A stretch of DNA of 64,000 nucleotides from contig JBHGNT010000012.1 in NCBI GenBank assembly GCA_043228905.1, positions 17,856,001-17,920,000 on the forward strand, written 5' to 3'. The notes below the pieces were generated by a model that was not told the origin of the DNA, ran no database searches, and saw only the letters and a list, made by a program, of their open reading frames with translations. Position numbers and translations under genes: made by a program. Shown in pieces: positions 38,501-49,438 of this stretch. Each line of letters begins with the position of its first letter. The stretch's first letter is position 1. The DNA is from Azolla caroliniana (lineage: Eukaryota; Plantae; Polypodiophyta).

Positions 38501-41500
38501 GCCTTTATAAATAGGCCTATACAAATGTACATACTATAAGGGGGTCATTTAGGGCCTTTACCCCAACAGCATAGTGGGCCAAAGTCTTGGTTAACAGGCG
38601 TTGGTATCTCCCTCTTATCTCATAAAAAAAGGTACAATGGCAAACATAGTGTTCTTCAAATTCCACTCCCTAGTGACATAATTGGTGAATTCTTTCCAAG
38701 GGTGTATATGCATATTTGCCAACCTAAATTGGTAACTGATGTGAAGAGGTTCGCAATTGCCCTATGACACATGAGATAGATGTATGACCATATAATAGGG
38801 CTTGATGATGAATCCATCCTCCAATGTGTGTAAAAAGTGTACCTTATAGTGGGACATCTTTCTACCAAGATATGCTAGGGGGCTGATCTATGTTCTTCCA
38901 TTATCCAATTTGATAATATCAATCTGATCCTATTCTTTTCTACTTTTGCATGTTTACATGGAAGCAAAATAAATATTGAGATGAGGGTAGTGCATTTATG
39001 CTTATGCCATATGATTCAAACCATTGTTGTGTTTCCGCATATGAACAATGATTATATTCTTGTTCACCGAGTTGTTTTGATGACATAAGTGCCTACCTTG
39101 AGAACCTCGTTTAGGAAGCTCCCAAAGCTGTTGGATACCAATCACTAATTAGAATAGTGTCTAGGTGACTATTGCAATTGCTCCTATCTCCGGCCGAATT
39201 ATATTATAGGGCACCAATGCTTTGCTCCTTATAATGCAGGCAATGATTAAGACTAAAGGTCACTCTAATCTTTCCAGTTAATTTACTAGTGAAGACTTGG
39301 TCCCAAGGTTTCTACTTTGTTGAGAAGAGTTGGTGTGACAAGTATAGCCATTGTCTTTGAAGAGCACCAAGGGGCCATATAGTTTAGCCAAATAATGGCT
39401 AATCATGGCTGTCCTATAATTGGCACAAAGAGAGAAAGAAATATATACTAAAGCCTTTTAGGAGGCTAAAATAACCTATAAGACTGAACAAGAGATTACA
39501 TCTTGTAATGTTGTCTCATCATTGAGAAGAACAAACCAAAATAGATATAGCTAGTACTAGGGCATCTAGTCATCAAATGATTAAGCTTCTGAACTTAGAT
39601 ATACTGAAACTTCTCCCTTGGACCACTCCAACCTGGAGAGACCTCTGAATCAAGGTAAGCACCTTCAATGCTGGGTGTCAATGGTCTTGCTTTGGCGGTG
39701 ACAAGGGTGACAACGCCATGGTCAAGATGGCCACAACACCTTGCTATTCCCCAATCTATTGAAAACCCTTTCGAGTATTTTGGTCCAAAACCCCACTTGT
39801 AACCCTTGATGCACTTGTAGCATGGTGAGTATTGGAGCTAAAAATAAGTCGTGATAGTTCTTTTTGGTGAGATGTTGTGGTTGTATTGTTGTCCTTCAAC
39901 AACTTCCCTTTGTATCTCTTGAATTCTAGCAAGAACAGTGCCAAGCACTGTTGTTCTAGAATACAAAGTTGAATAAACAGTCCTTGACTATAGTCTTAAA
40001 GAAGCTTGATAAATCAGAAAGAAAGAAAGGAAAATATATTAATACCTTTTAAGAGGTCGAAATGGCCTATAAGGCCAAACAAGAGATTACATCTTAAAAT
40101 TGTCTTATATTTGAGAACAGAAAACCAAAATAAATGTTACCAAGTAAAAAAAGTAAATAGAATTAGAATTACGACATTACTAAAGAATCTCGTCATCTAC
40201 GCATGTAAGATTCTCAAGTCAAATATATTGAATTTTTTGTCTTTGAAAGATCTCTAGGATGGACTGATCCAGAATGGAAAGGTTTCCGAAGCGAGGGAAG
40301 CACCTGCAATGCTGGGATATAATGGCCTTTATCTGTTGATGACAAGGGTAGTGAGATCATGGTCCACGTGGCTGGGTCTATATGCACCACAAATTTCTAT
40401 TGCCCAATTTATTGTAACCCCTTTGCACTGTCCTGGTTGGGAGCCCAATTGTGTAGCCTTTGATTGACTTGTAGCATGACTAGTGACGGGGCTAAAGAAA
40501 GCTGTAACTGTTCTTTGTTGATAAGCTTTTGTCAATAATATTTACATGAAAATTGACCAAGGAGTAGAGTTTTAAAGAAACAATGACAATGTTTGAAGAG
40601 AAATCGACATCAAAGCATTATGTTATCATATCATGAAAGACAAACATTACATTTATATTCATATTCCACCCAAAAAGGCTAAAGTTTATGTACTGATATC
40701 ATGTTCCCAAGTTGCAACAACAGATGCACCTATACATACTCGCATAATTCTAAATAAAAGCACAAGGAGCATCAACCATAAAAGAGAGTCACAGTAACTG
40801 AGTTTAATATGTTGTTAACTCTTTAAAAGCAAACTGTAAAGCAATGAAGAATTAAAAGTTTTCTAGTCAGACTAGGGCACGTGAAATACCGGGGTGTATC
40901 ATGGCTGCCAGCATCGTTAATGCAATGTTCTAGTAGCTCAATGAACTTGTAAGGAAATGTTGTAAAATCCACAAGTATGCATTGCTCCACCTTCAAGGTT
41001 TGGAAGTCCTCTTCACTCACTTCCAAGAAATATAGGAAAAATGGATCTGCTTCATTTGTGAGTTGCACTCTTAGAAGCTACAAAACATATAACATCGTTA
41101 AATTAAAACAACAAATCCACCCTAAAGTAACAAATCCAACCTAATTTCGAAAAGATAAAAGGCATAATGCCCATCATAGGAATCGTTTTCCATGCTATTG
41201 TAACCCTTTTGATCAGGAATATCCAATGAGGGACATAGGAAACACCTTATTTTAGTTTTTAACCTGTTTGTAGATTTATCATCATATTTACAATCAGAAA
41301 CCAATTATGGCCACTTATACATTTGAAAAAATGATTTGGACTCACAGGCCATTTTGGCATTTGATAGACGATAATATTACTTTAGATATGAAATAGATTC
41401 AAACTTGTTATATCTATATTGTTATTAAAAAAGCATACAAACTCTAGATGTGAAACAGATGTCCCTAAAATTCAAATACTTGTGCTGATCATTCTACCTT

Positions 41501-41662
41501 GCTGGACCTATGAGGCTTGCTGATCCCCATTACGATTCTGACTGTTAGCTCCATGAGTCGATCGTCAGATCCAGGCAACTTCATAACCCTGACTGGGATT
41601 GTCTTTTCAAATAATGTGGAGCTGCTATCCATAATATCCAGCTTCACAATGTCATCCATCAT
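29587..41662 (-). CDS. SAS6: Spindle assembly abnormal protein 6 (centriole cartwheel protein), 13 coding exons, ~835 aa
   Basis: Exons 41662-41498, 41077-40890, 33455-33299, 33118-33033, 32777-32687, 32588-32469, 31863-31762, 31674-31567, 31475-31411, 31314-31197, 31082-30930, 30828-30761, 30673-29587 join in frame; SAS-6 head motifs LTNEADPFFLY...LKVEQCILVDF..FP, FKNLCHLSL...GND, then coiled coil ending WLNQQL. Confidence 0.93.
34556..38568 (-). mobile_element. Rearranged Ty1/Copia element with TSD GCATA
   Basis: TSD at 34551-34555 and 38569-38573; LTR starts TGAAAGG at 34556 and 36467; tRNA-Met PBS (TGGTATCAAAGCC) at 36452-36464; RT/RNaseH LYVDD...KHIDVRYH on - (35057-35986); gag with CYWC..GH...C on + (35995-36444). 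Confidence 0.85.
36549..38315 (-). mobile_element. RTEX-like LINE (family 1) copy B inserted in the Copia LTR
   Basis: LLYADDIVLIS, INMNKTK, YTYLGVIF, LLYGVET, IRAEMG, ESEEHYVCHC. Confidence 0.85.
39428..39955 (-). mobile_element. RTEX-like LINE (family 1) copy C, 3' fragment
   Basis: LFLLEFKRYKGKLLK and the shared 3' UTR AAGAGATTACATCTT. Confidence 0.75.
40017..40535 (-). mobile_element. RTEX-like LINE (family 1) copy D, 3' fragment
   Basis: Collinear with 36550-37070; (TTTC)n tail. Confidence 0.8.
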
Positions 41663-41794
41663 AAAATGGTTCCCAAATAACTTGCATGAAATGAGTATAA
41701 GTCTTTGTAACAAGCGAAGGCAAAATCGCCACCATGGAAGTCCTCTCTAGGACTCGCATGTACTGAAGCTACACCATACAGGTTTTTACACACA

Positions 41795-42050
41795 CTTTTC
41801 AGTCGACTGCAAATACAGTGAACCTGTGATACATAGAACTATGTAATCACTTTTTGCATCTGAAAATTAATAGATATAGAGAAAGAAGTATTATGAAAAA
41901 TCGACATGTTTTGATTCATCCTTTTCAGTCGACTGTGAATACAGTGAATCTGTGATACATAGGACTAGGTAATCACTTTTTTCATCTGAAAATTAATACA
42001 TATAGAGAAAGAAGTATTATGAAAAATAAGATGTTTTGATTCATTCTTTT
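41795..42050. repeat. ~130-bp tandem duplication over the SAS6 5'UTR splice acceptor
   Basis: CTTTTCAGTCGACTG...TGTGATACATAG...GAAAGAAGTATTATGAAAAAT occurs twice. Confidence 0.8.
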
Positions 42051-45004
42051 CTTGATCTAAACTGTTAATCAATGAAATAATAGAGAAAAAAAATATCAAG
42101 TTCATCTAAAACATGCATACATAGTTTTAATGATTAGTTAAGAAGGTTTGTGGTTCAAAATGATTTAGGAATTGCAGCTTCAAAATTAATGTTTACCTCT
42201 CTCACAAAAGAAATAACAAATCAGTTGAGTATATAAATATACCTTCATAAAAACGTACTAGTTATAGCTGACAAATTAAGTACATTCTAGTAAATGAATG
42301 AAAAATAAGACGAAGATTCGTATATCAACATTCATATTAAGTAGTCTTAAATACAAACATGTTCACATTGAGTTTCTATCAGTTCCTGGTGAAAAAACGA
42401 TATATTAATGTCTTTTAAGACACAGTCAGAAAAAAGTTCCACCCCTGAGAAAGAAAAAGATCTAACACAACAAAAAGTAAATTGCTAATATTAACAGAGA
42501 TTTATTTGAAGGCTGTTTATAAAACGTTCATTCACAAGGTATTCTTACAATATAAGAAGTAGTTTTTAAGATTGCTAAGCAAAACTGCTCACATCTTTGA
42601 GTATGCATACTAATGCTCATATATATGAATGAAAATAAAGGATTTCAATTTTTGTTTAAGTAATCTTCTATATTATTGCAATTATAAAAACGGATGAAGT
42701 CAAAATATTACATGTCTTAGCTAAAATAAACGGTTGATCACTCTTCTTTTCCTTACTGCTCATAGAATGTATGACACACAATCTGTAGCAAAATGTAGTG
42801 GATCTCTTTCATTAGTAAAAAGCTTCATATCTCTCAAGAAATTACTGCAAAATATATGAGAGAAAACTGATATAATATCATGGAAATTACTTCTGCCAAT
42901 TATGAGATTAATTAATCTTTGATCCTTTTCAAATGCATAGGTTAGAATGGCTTAATTGTGAGCAATTACATTTAAATGCAAGCATGCAAATAATAGGAGT
43001 AAGGACATATTTAAATGTAAATGAATAACTGGATACAATCTCTCCTTGAATGAAAAGCTACAATAAAATATGAACATTGCTTTAAATGGAACTTTATGAG
43101 AGAATCGAGAAAGAGTTGAAATAATAGAATAATAATGTCCTCAATGTTTGTCACTAATATACAAACATCTTCTAAATTCTAATTGGAAATAATTGAACGA
43201 AGGTACTGTGAAATGGATCAGAAAACTGCAAAACAATGTCTAGGATTTTTTAAGCTACAAATAGAAATGAGGATTTGTACCAAGAGTAGCAACTCGTTTT
43301 TAATTTGTTAATTTATATCCAGATTCCTTATTCTCTACTGCATTTAACTCATATAGAAAACATTCATACTTTTCAACAGCACATTCTGCATATCCGTTGT
43401 ACCATGATCGTTTTTACTTTACCTTATTTCCAAGATTTCTACAACAGATTTTTGTTGTTGAAAACACCAAACATTTCGCTCAGTTTTGTAAGTCACTTTC
43501 TTTTAATGACATGATACATCCCATCAACTATGTTACAGGATTACAAAGTGGAATGTAATGGTGTATCACTATATTGACAATGGTTTCATGACTTCATGAG
43601 ATGCATAAGAAAAAAAGACGGTGAGAAAACACACAGCATTTTCCTTAAAATAGTATCAGCCAAGAAGGGAAACGAGATTTATGTGGAGTATTGTCAAAAG
43701 GAATGTCAAGATGAGCATCAAACGTGAACTCTCGCAGACTATGCTTTATAGAATATGAAAGTACCATAGCATTAACATATTACAATAATGACCATAATTC
43801 TTTAACATATACAAGAACATGAAAAACATAACATTTTCATGGAAATGTACCATATGAACAGGAAGGGAGATTGTTGTGCATTCAATAAGTTACTGTGGAA
43901 GAAAGTTCAAGGTCATGTATCGATCACCATTCTGCTTTGGAATCTCATAAATTTAGAGTAGCATGACTAATAAAGTGCCAACATTTCGAAGCAAAGGTCT
44001 GGCAACTAGTCAAGGTGCCAATCTCTGACATTTGGAAGCAGAGAGTTCAACGCTCGTGTCTAAAGATGGTAAAGAACAAATATCTCTGATCAATTAGTGT
44101 GCTCAAAAAGAAAGGACTGAAAAGAGACCTTATTGCATATTTGAGAAGATCTGCAATGGAGGAGAAATCAAATGTTGGGTTCTCAAGAAATACTTCATTG
44201 ACACCTTGGTGATACTAGTACATCTCTATCAATGTTGAGGTATAGAGTGGCTGTCAATGTTCTTCAATAGAAAGATTCAAATGTCATACATGCTCCTACA
44301 TCTTGAGACTGAGTCATTTCCCATTGAGATTATGGGCATTCAGAGGGTTGTGGATTATACACTTGGGTTAGGATACGAAAAAAAAAACCTCAAATCGACT
44401 TCCTAAGGCTTACTCCAAATCTCAAGAAATAAGGACAAAACATTGATAGGTTCAAAACATGTTTGGGGATCATATCCAAGAGAATATTGACACATTGATT
44501 GCGTTTTCCGTTCAGATATGAAATTCTTTACAGCATTACATCAACGAGATTATTAACAAAAAAAATGGGTTTTTTACTTGGGAATTGATCTCTTCACACT
44601 GTTATGCAATGCGAGATTATTAACATGAGAATGAGGCTTTTTTGTTCAGAAATCAGTTTCGCTGCACCGTTATATACAGGAGGTTATTACATGAATCAGG
44701 TATTTGTCCTGTCAGAATACATCTGTTTGCATTCCCAATACATGTGCATCTCTGCCATGGATCGCAACTCAAAGAGGGAGTAGTACTGTAACTCATTTTA
44801 TGAGAGCCAGAAATTGATTTAAAATGGAAGGATAAGAGCATTTCGGTTTTTTTGAAAGCATTTAGGCGAAACATCCAAAGAGCACATAGACTAGAGGAAT
44901 CATCTAAAACAAAAAACAGGCAGGGAGTGAAAAGAACAAAACAAAAACCCAAAAAAAAAGAAAAAAGACGGAGAGAGCGATGGAGGGAGAGAAAGAAGAC
45001 TTAC

Positions 45005-45305
45005 ACAGGTGGGGTTTGCAGGAGAAAGATTGGTCTATCTGTGAGCGCCCATCAAGAAATCATGGCAGAAGGAGAGGTATTCAAGAGAAAACAATTGGAG
45101 AAGGAGGAGGAGGGTTAGGGTTAGGGATTGAGGGAACACACATAACAAGAATAACGACATTTCTGAGATTGCCGCCCATCAATCACTACCACCACCAATT
45201 CACATCTGCTAGTGCTAACTACTACTAACTACTATGTAGTATGTATGTACTACCACTAACTACCACTAACTACTACTAACTACTACCAACTACTGTGTAC
45301 TACTA
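45005..45305 (-). promoter_or_regulatory. Probable SAS6 non-coding first exon and promoter
   Basis: Pyrimidine-rich leader with AACCCT repeats, a GTAAGT donor at 45004-44999 and an acceptor CACAG at ~41824; (ACT)/(ACTA) repeats upstream. Confidence 0.55.
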
Positions 45306-45312
45306 GAGAAAT

Positions 45313-45338
<26 letters not shown>

Positions 45339-45343
<5 letters not shown>

Positions 45344-46740
45344 TTCCAAAGGCTCATTCTGTTGAAGATGTTTCATGCTAGTAGTCCTTGTGGGTGGGTT
45401 CTGTGAGCTTGTTCTCGTATCGCGAGAGCGGAGAGAACTTCCATTCGACCAGTTCTCGGTTTCCTCTGGAAAAACTGTCTGCTTCATTTATACATCTGTT
45501 CCTTCGGAGGCCACTAGTAGAATAGCAGGATAGTATTGAAGCAAAGAGTGTCCTGTCTTGTATGGGTAGAGGTAATAGCCCCACGTGTCCGATGGCCCAC
45601 CCACGATTCTTACGATCAACAATGGAAAAGCTGGGAAAGATATCGATACCTCCCAATGCTAATGCGACAAAATCGATATCGAATGTGTATGCTTTGGAAT
45701 ACAATTGTCACGAGACCACCAGGTTGTTTGCAATTTACATGCCTCTAGTATGCCTCCTATGTATTCTAGGTTTAAATGGGGTACATTTGCAGGTCATTGT
45801 TTCCGTTGTAGTGTGATAAGGCATGTTACGACAGAGCGTCCTCATAAAAGAATATAAATGCAATGTGAGTCGTATATGTCGAAGAGCTTATAGACCATCG
45901 TCAGATTCAAGATTTAACCATCTCAGAGCAAATAAAAGAACAGTGTGTTGTGAATGATAAGGATGGAAAAACTCTAAAGGATGAGGGCAATGCAATTGTC
46001 AATAGTTGCTAGAAAGATAATTTAATTTAATAAGAAGGTATATACTCCTTTAAATAAAGAGAAACAAGTGAGGAGTCATCCGGATTTAGAGTTTTGCATT
46101 CCCATAATAATTCCTATGCAATCTTAGGGGATTTAGTTGAAGATATGGTAGAAACATTAGCAATAAAGGAGGAGGAGATTTCTAGGATTAAAGGAAAAAA
46201 ATAAAGTATGAAGATCACAACATTGACTATGAGGGGATTATGTTCTAGATGTAGAATCCATCAGGTTTAGAGGGTTGTGTTAAGTATAAGGATGCTTGGA
46301 ATAGGTTTGATCAAATGTATATAATGCATACTTAAGGATTTTCTCCAAAGCTCTTGGATTTTTCACTATCTGATGAGTTAATTATATCACATCATTTCCC
46401 ATTAATTTTTGAATTCACACACCACTTAGTTACCGCTTTTCACGAGTTCTTAGGAAAACCATTATTGATTTTCAATTCATCATTTTTTTTATTGTGAGTT
46501 ATACCATGCCTATATGTGTTGATTGATGCATGGATGTGTCTATTAATAGTGTTCAATTTGATGGGTATGAAGCACAATAAGTGTTTGTTGTAAATGTTCA
46601 AAAGTTAACTAGATATCATGGAATTCATCATGCGTTTAGAAGGAGAAAGAACTTAAGTCTCCTAATTAATTTGCCCGAAAAATGTAACTTGTTATTAACT
46701 TATAGGTCAATGGGTGTAGAGTTGATGAGACATCAAGAGA
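45339..46740 (+). mobile_element. Degraded copy of the (GA)n-flanked L1 family (ORF1 3' part and ORF2 5' part, with deletions)
   Basis: Collinear with 19870-20890 and 21390-21840; starts right after (GA)n at 45313-45339. Confidence 0.85.
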
Positions 46741-46888
46741 TATTTAAAGAAAAATGAGAAGGCACAACTGTTTAGTAATATACATTGATATATCACAACT
46801 GGAGGGAGAAAATACAGAGATCGCACATTTTACATGAGGAGAAAGTTCCTCTTTATAAAGGCCAAGATATGGCCGTTGGGCCAACTAG

Positions 46889-47432
46889 CTGCTGGAAATA
46901 ACTAGCTATTGGGCTAGCCATTATAACTTTTAAACATTCTCAACACTCCCCCTCAAGATGGGCAAAAAATATCCACTAAGCCCATCTTGTCACACAATCT
47001 AGTAAGACTTACTGGCCCAAATCCCTTTGTAAGAAAATCTGCTACTTGATGTTCAGTAGAAACATGACTCAATTTTAATATTCTATTATCAAGCTTTTCC
47101 TTGATAAAGAATCTGTCGATTTCGATGTGCTTGGTCCTATTGTGTTGTACCGGATTGTTGCTGCTGGAAATAACTAGCTATTGGGCTAGCCATTATAACT
47201 TTTAAACATTCTCAACACTCCCCCTCAAGATGGGCAAAAAATATCCACTAAGCCCATCTTGTCACACAATCTAGTAAGACTTACTGGCCCAAATCCCTTT
47301 GTAAGAAAATCTGCTACTTGATGTTCAGTAGAAACATGACTCAATTTTAATATTCTATTATCAAGCTTTTCCTTGATAAAGAATCTGTCGATTTCGATGT
47401 GCTTGGTCCTATTGTGTTGTACCGGATTGTTG
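46889..47432. repeat. 272-bp essentially perfect direct duplication
   Basis: 46889-47160 is repeated at 47161-47432. Confidence 0.9.
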
Positions 47433-47562
47433 GCAAATATGATTGCTGACTTATTGTCACACCACAACATCATCTAATTTTCTTGATTCACCTTTAGTTC
47501 TACTAGGAAAGTTCTCAGCCATAACATCTCCACAACTCCTATAGCAATAGCTCTATACTCTG

Positions 47563-49075
47563 AAAAAGTATGCAGGTTAATGTATGAAAAACCTAAGCAA
47601 ATGGCTAATCAAAAATATTATGCAACTTCTTTGGTTAGTGTATCACATAATTGTAAAGTTTGTTTTGGGTTGGGATGTTCTAAGAAACAATAACACCTTA
47701 TGATGTCATTTCTCTTACAAGGAATCAATAACCACATACTTTCCAACTCTCAATTTCATTAACAATCGACAACGGTTTGGTTTGAACCGAACCGTGAAAC
47801 AACGACTTAACGGTTTAGGTTTTTTTAACAGTTCGGTTCAGTTTCAACAGTCCGAAACCGCAGTTTAAACGGTAACGGTTTTGTATTTTATTTTTAAAAT
47901 TTTTTTAAAATTTGCTTTTAAACCATCATTTCATTTTAGACCTTCTCACATTTTAGGAACATCTTTAAATTTTTAAAATTTTAAAGTTTAAAATTTGACC
48001 TAAGTTGAAACCGAAACCGAACCACGAAACCACAGTTTTAACGGTTTAATAGTTTCAAATTTTTTTCATGGTTCGGTTTAACGGTTTAGTGGTTCAATTC
48101 GGTTCGGTTCAGGTTTCAAAAAAATTTAATAGTTCAATTCCAAACCGGTTCAATTGAACCGAACCGTTGCCGATTGTTAATTTCCATCTCGTTACAATTG
48201 GAATCATCTAATATGTACTTAACCAAGGACTACATGATGCATATATGATATCTCTAATAAACGTGCTCATTCAGAGATGGATACCCTCGTGTGACATGAT
48301 AATGTGAACCTAGAAAGAGGGGAGAAAGAGTTGATGGAATTTCTTAAAACGATAATGCTAGCATCCATATGGTCACATATCATCTTCATATTTTCCCTCG
48401 TGTATGCATAAATTACACATTGGCCTTGAGTAGCAGACATCAACTTGTCCTGAAATCTTTGTTAAAAGAAAAATAATAATACATAGAGGGATAGAGCATG
48501 CTATCAATGACCCGATGACCGAAAAAATAAGAGCGCTTAATCCAAGTTGTCCATGGAGCCCGTGTATGAACTTGTCAGAAAAAGGAGGGTTGGCATCATT
48601 CTAGAGTCTTCATGGAAGTGTTTGCAAGTGGTTGATCCCTTCCAAAAGTCTAAAAAGAAAACAACAATAGGGCCAACATCTGTTGTCATAGATGACATGT
48701 TCTGGTTTCAAAAGCCGAATACATCATCATTTTGAAAGCTTCTCTTATCCAAGGCCGAATACATGTCTCTTTCTATCGATCTCTCTTTCACTCTCTCTTC
48801 TCTCTCTATGTGTGTGTGTGTGCACCCCATGTAATTGAATTTGAGAGTTCTATGTTTCGATCTTCAACGTAGATCTATCGTTCTCTAGTGGGCCTCACAC
48901 GAGTACATCAAATAATATGCGTGTCTCACACAAAGCTCTCTTTTGTTTACCTTGTCACAACCTTGTCATTGATGACATGTTTGTTCTTCAAATATACAAG
49001 CAAGTATATAAACATGGACATAAGTGAAGCATTTTCTCCAACATAAGAGCATTTTGTGAAGGACCCCCTCCCAAT

Positions 49076-49111
<36 letters not shown>

Positions 49112-49438
49112 TTTGGATCATACCCCATGGCTCCCTCTAACCTTCCATCCTCTCTCTCTAATAGGAAACGGAGCTTCAATATCTCAGAAGACCTCCCCTT
49201 CTCCCCCCCTCACAAGCTCCATATCTTATCTTCCTTCCACTTCCTCAATGACTACCTCGAGAATTTGCCGGAATCCCCTCATCTCCTCGATGATCATCGA
49301 TATCGTCTCCACCTCGCCGAGATAATGTAGAGCTTGGAGAAAGCCATAGGAACCATGCAAGATCCCATATCATCATCTTGCTCCAATGCCGACCACAACA
49401 ATGAATGGAGAACCCTAATCCCTAGTATCCATGAATGC
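47563..49438 (+). pseudogene. Inverted copy of 15308-17185 (upstream region + hAT MITE 47760-48179 + 5' half of the 224-aa gene with premature stop)
   Basis: ORF 49127-49330 MAPSNLPSSLSNRKRSF...LAEIM* vs MAPSDLPSSLSNRKRSF...LAEIMQ; collinear reverse-complement match throughout. Confidence 0.93.

Larger units (their letters stand above)
34014..39380 (-). mobile_element. RTEX-like LINE (family 1) copy A, split by a Copia insertion (pieces 34014-34555 and 38569-39380)
   Basis: Pieces join at CATTACCTTGCATA|GTGGGCC, collinear with copy B 37151-37180; 3' UTR and TTC/TTTC tail at left. Confidence 0.8.

Noticed and set aside
38316-38568. Independent solo LTR (TGTTAG...CCAACA)
   Set aside because: No TSD of its own (TATAC vs GCATA); its right flank instead matches the TSD at 34551
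43900-44500. Possible decayed transposase or RT in the SAS6 5'UTR intron
   Set aside because: No convincing motif could be read
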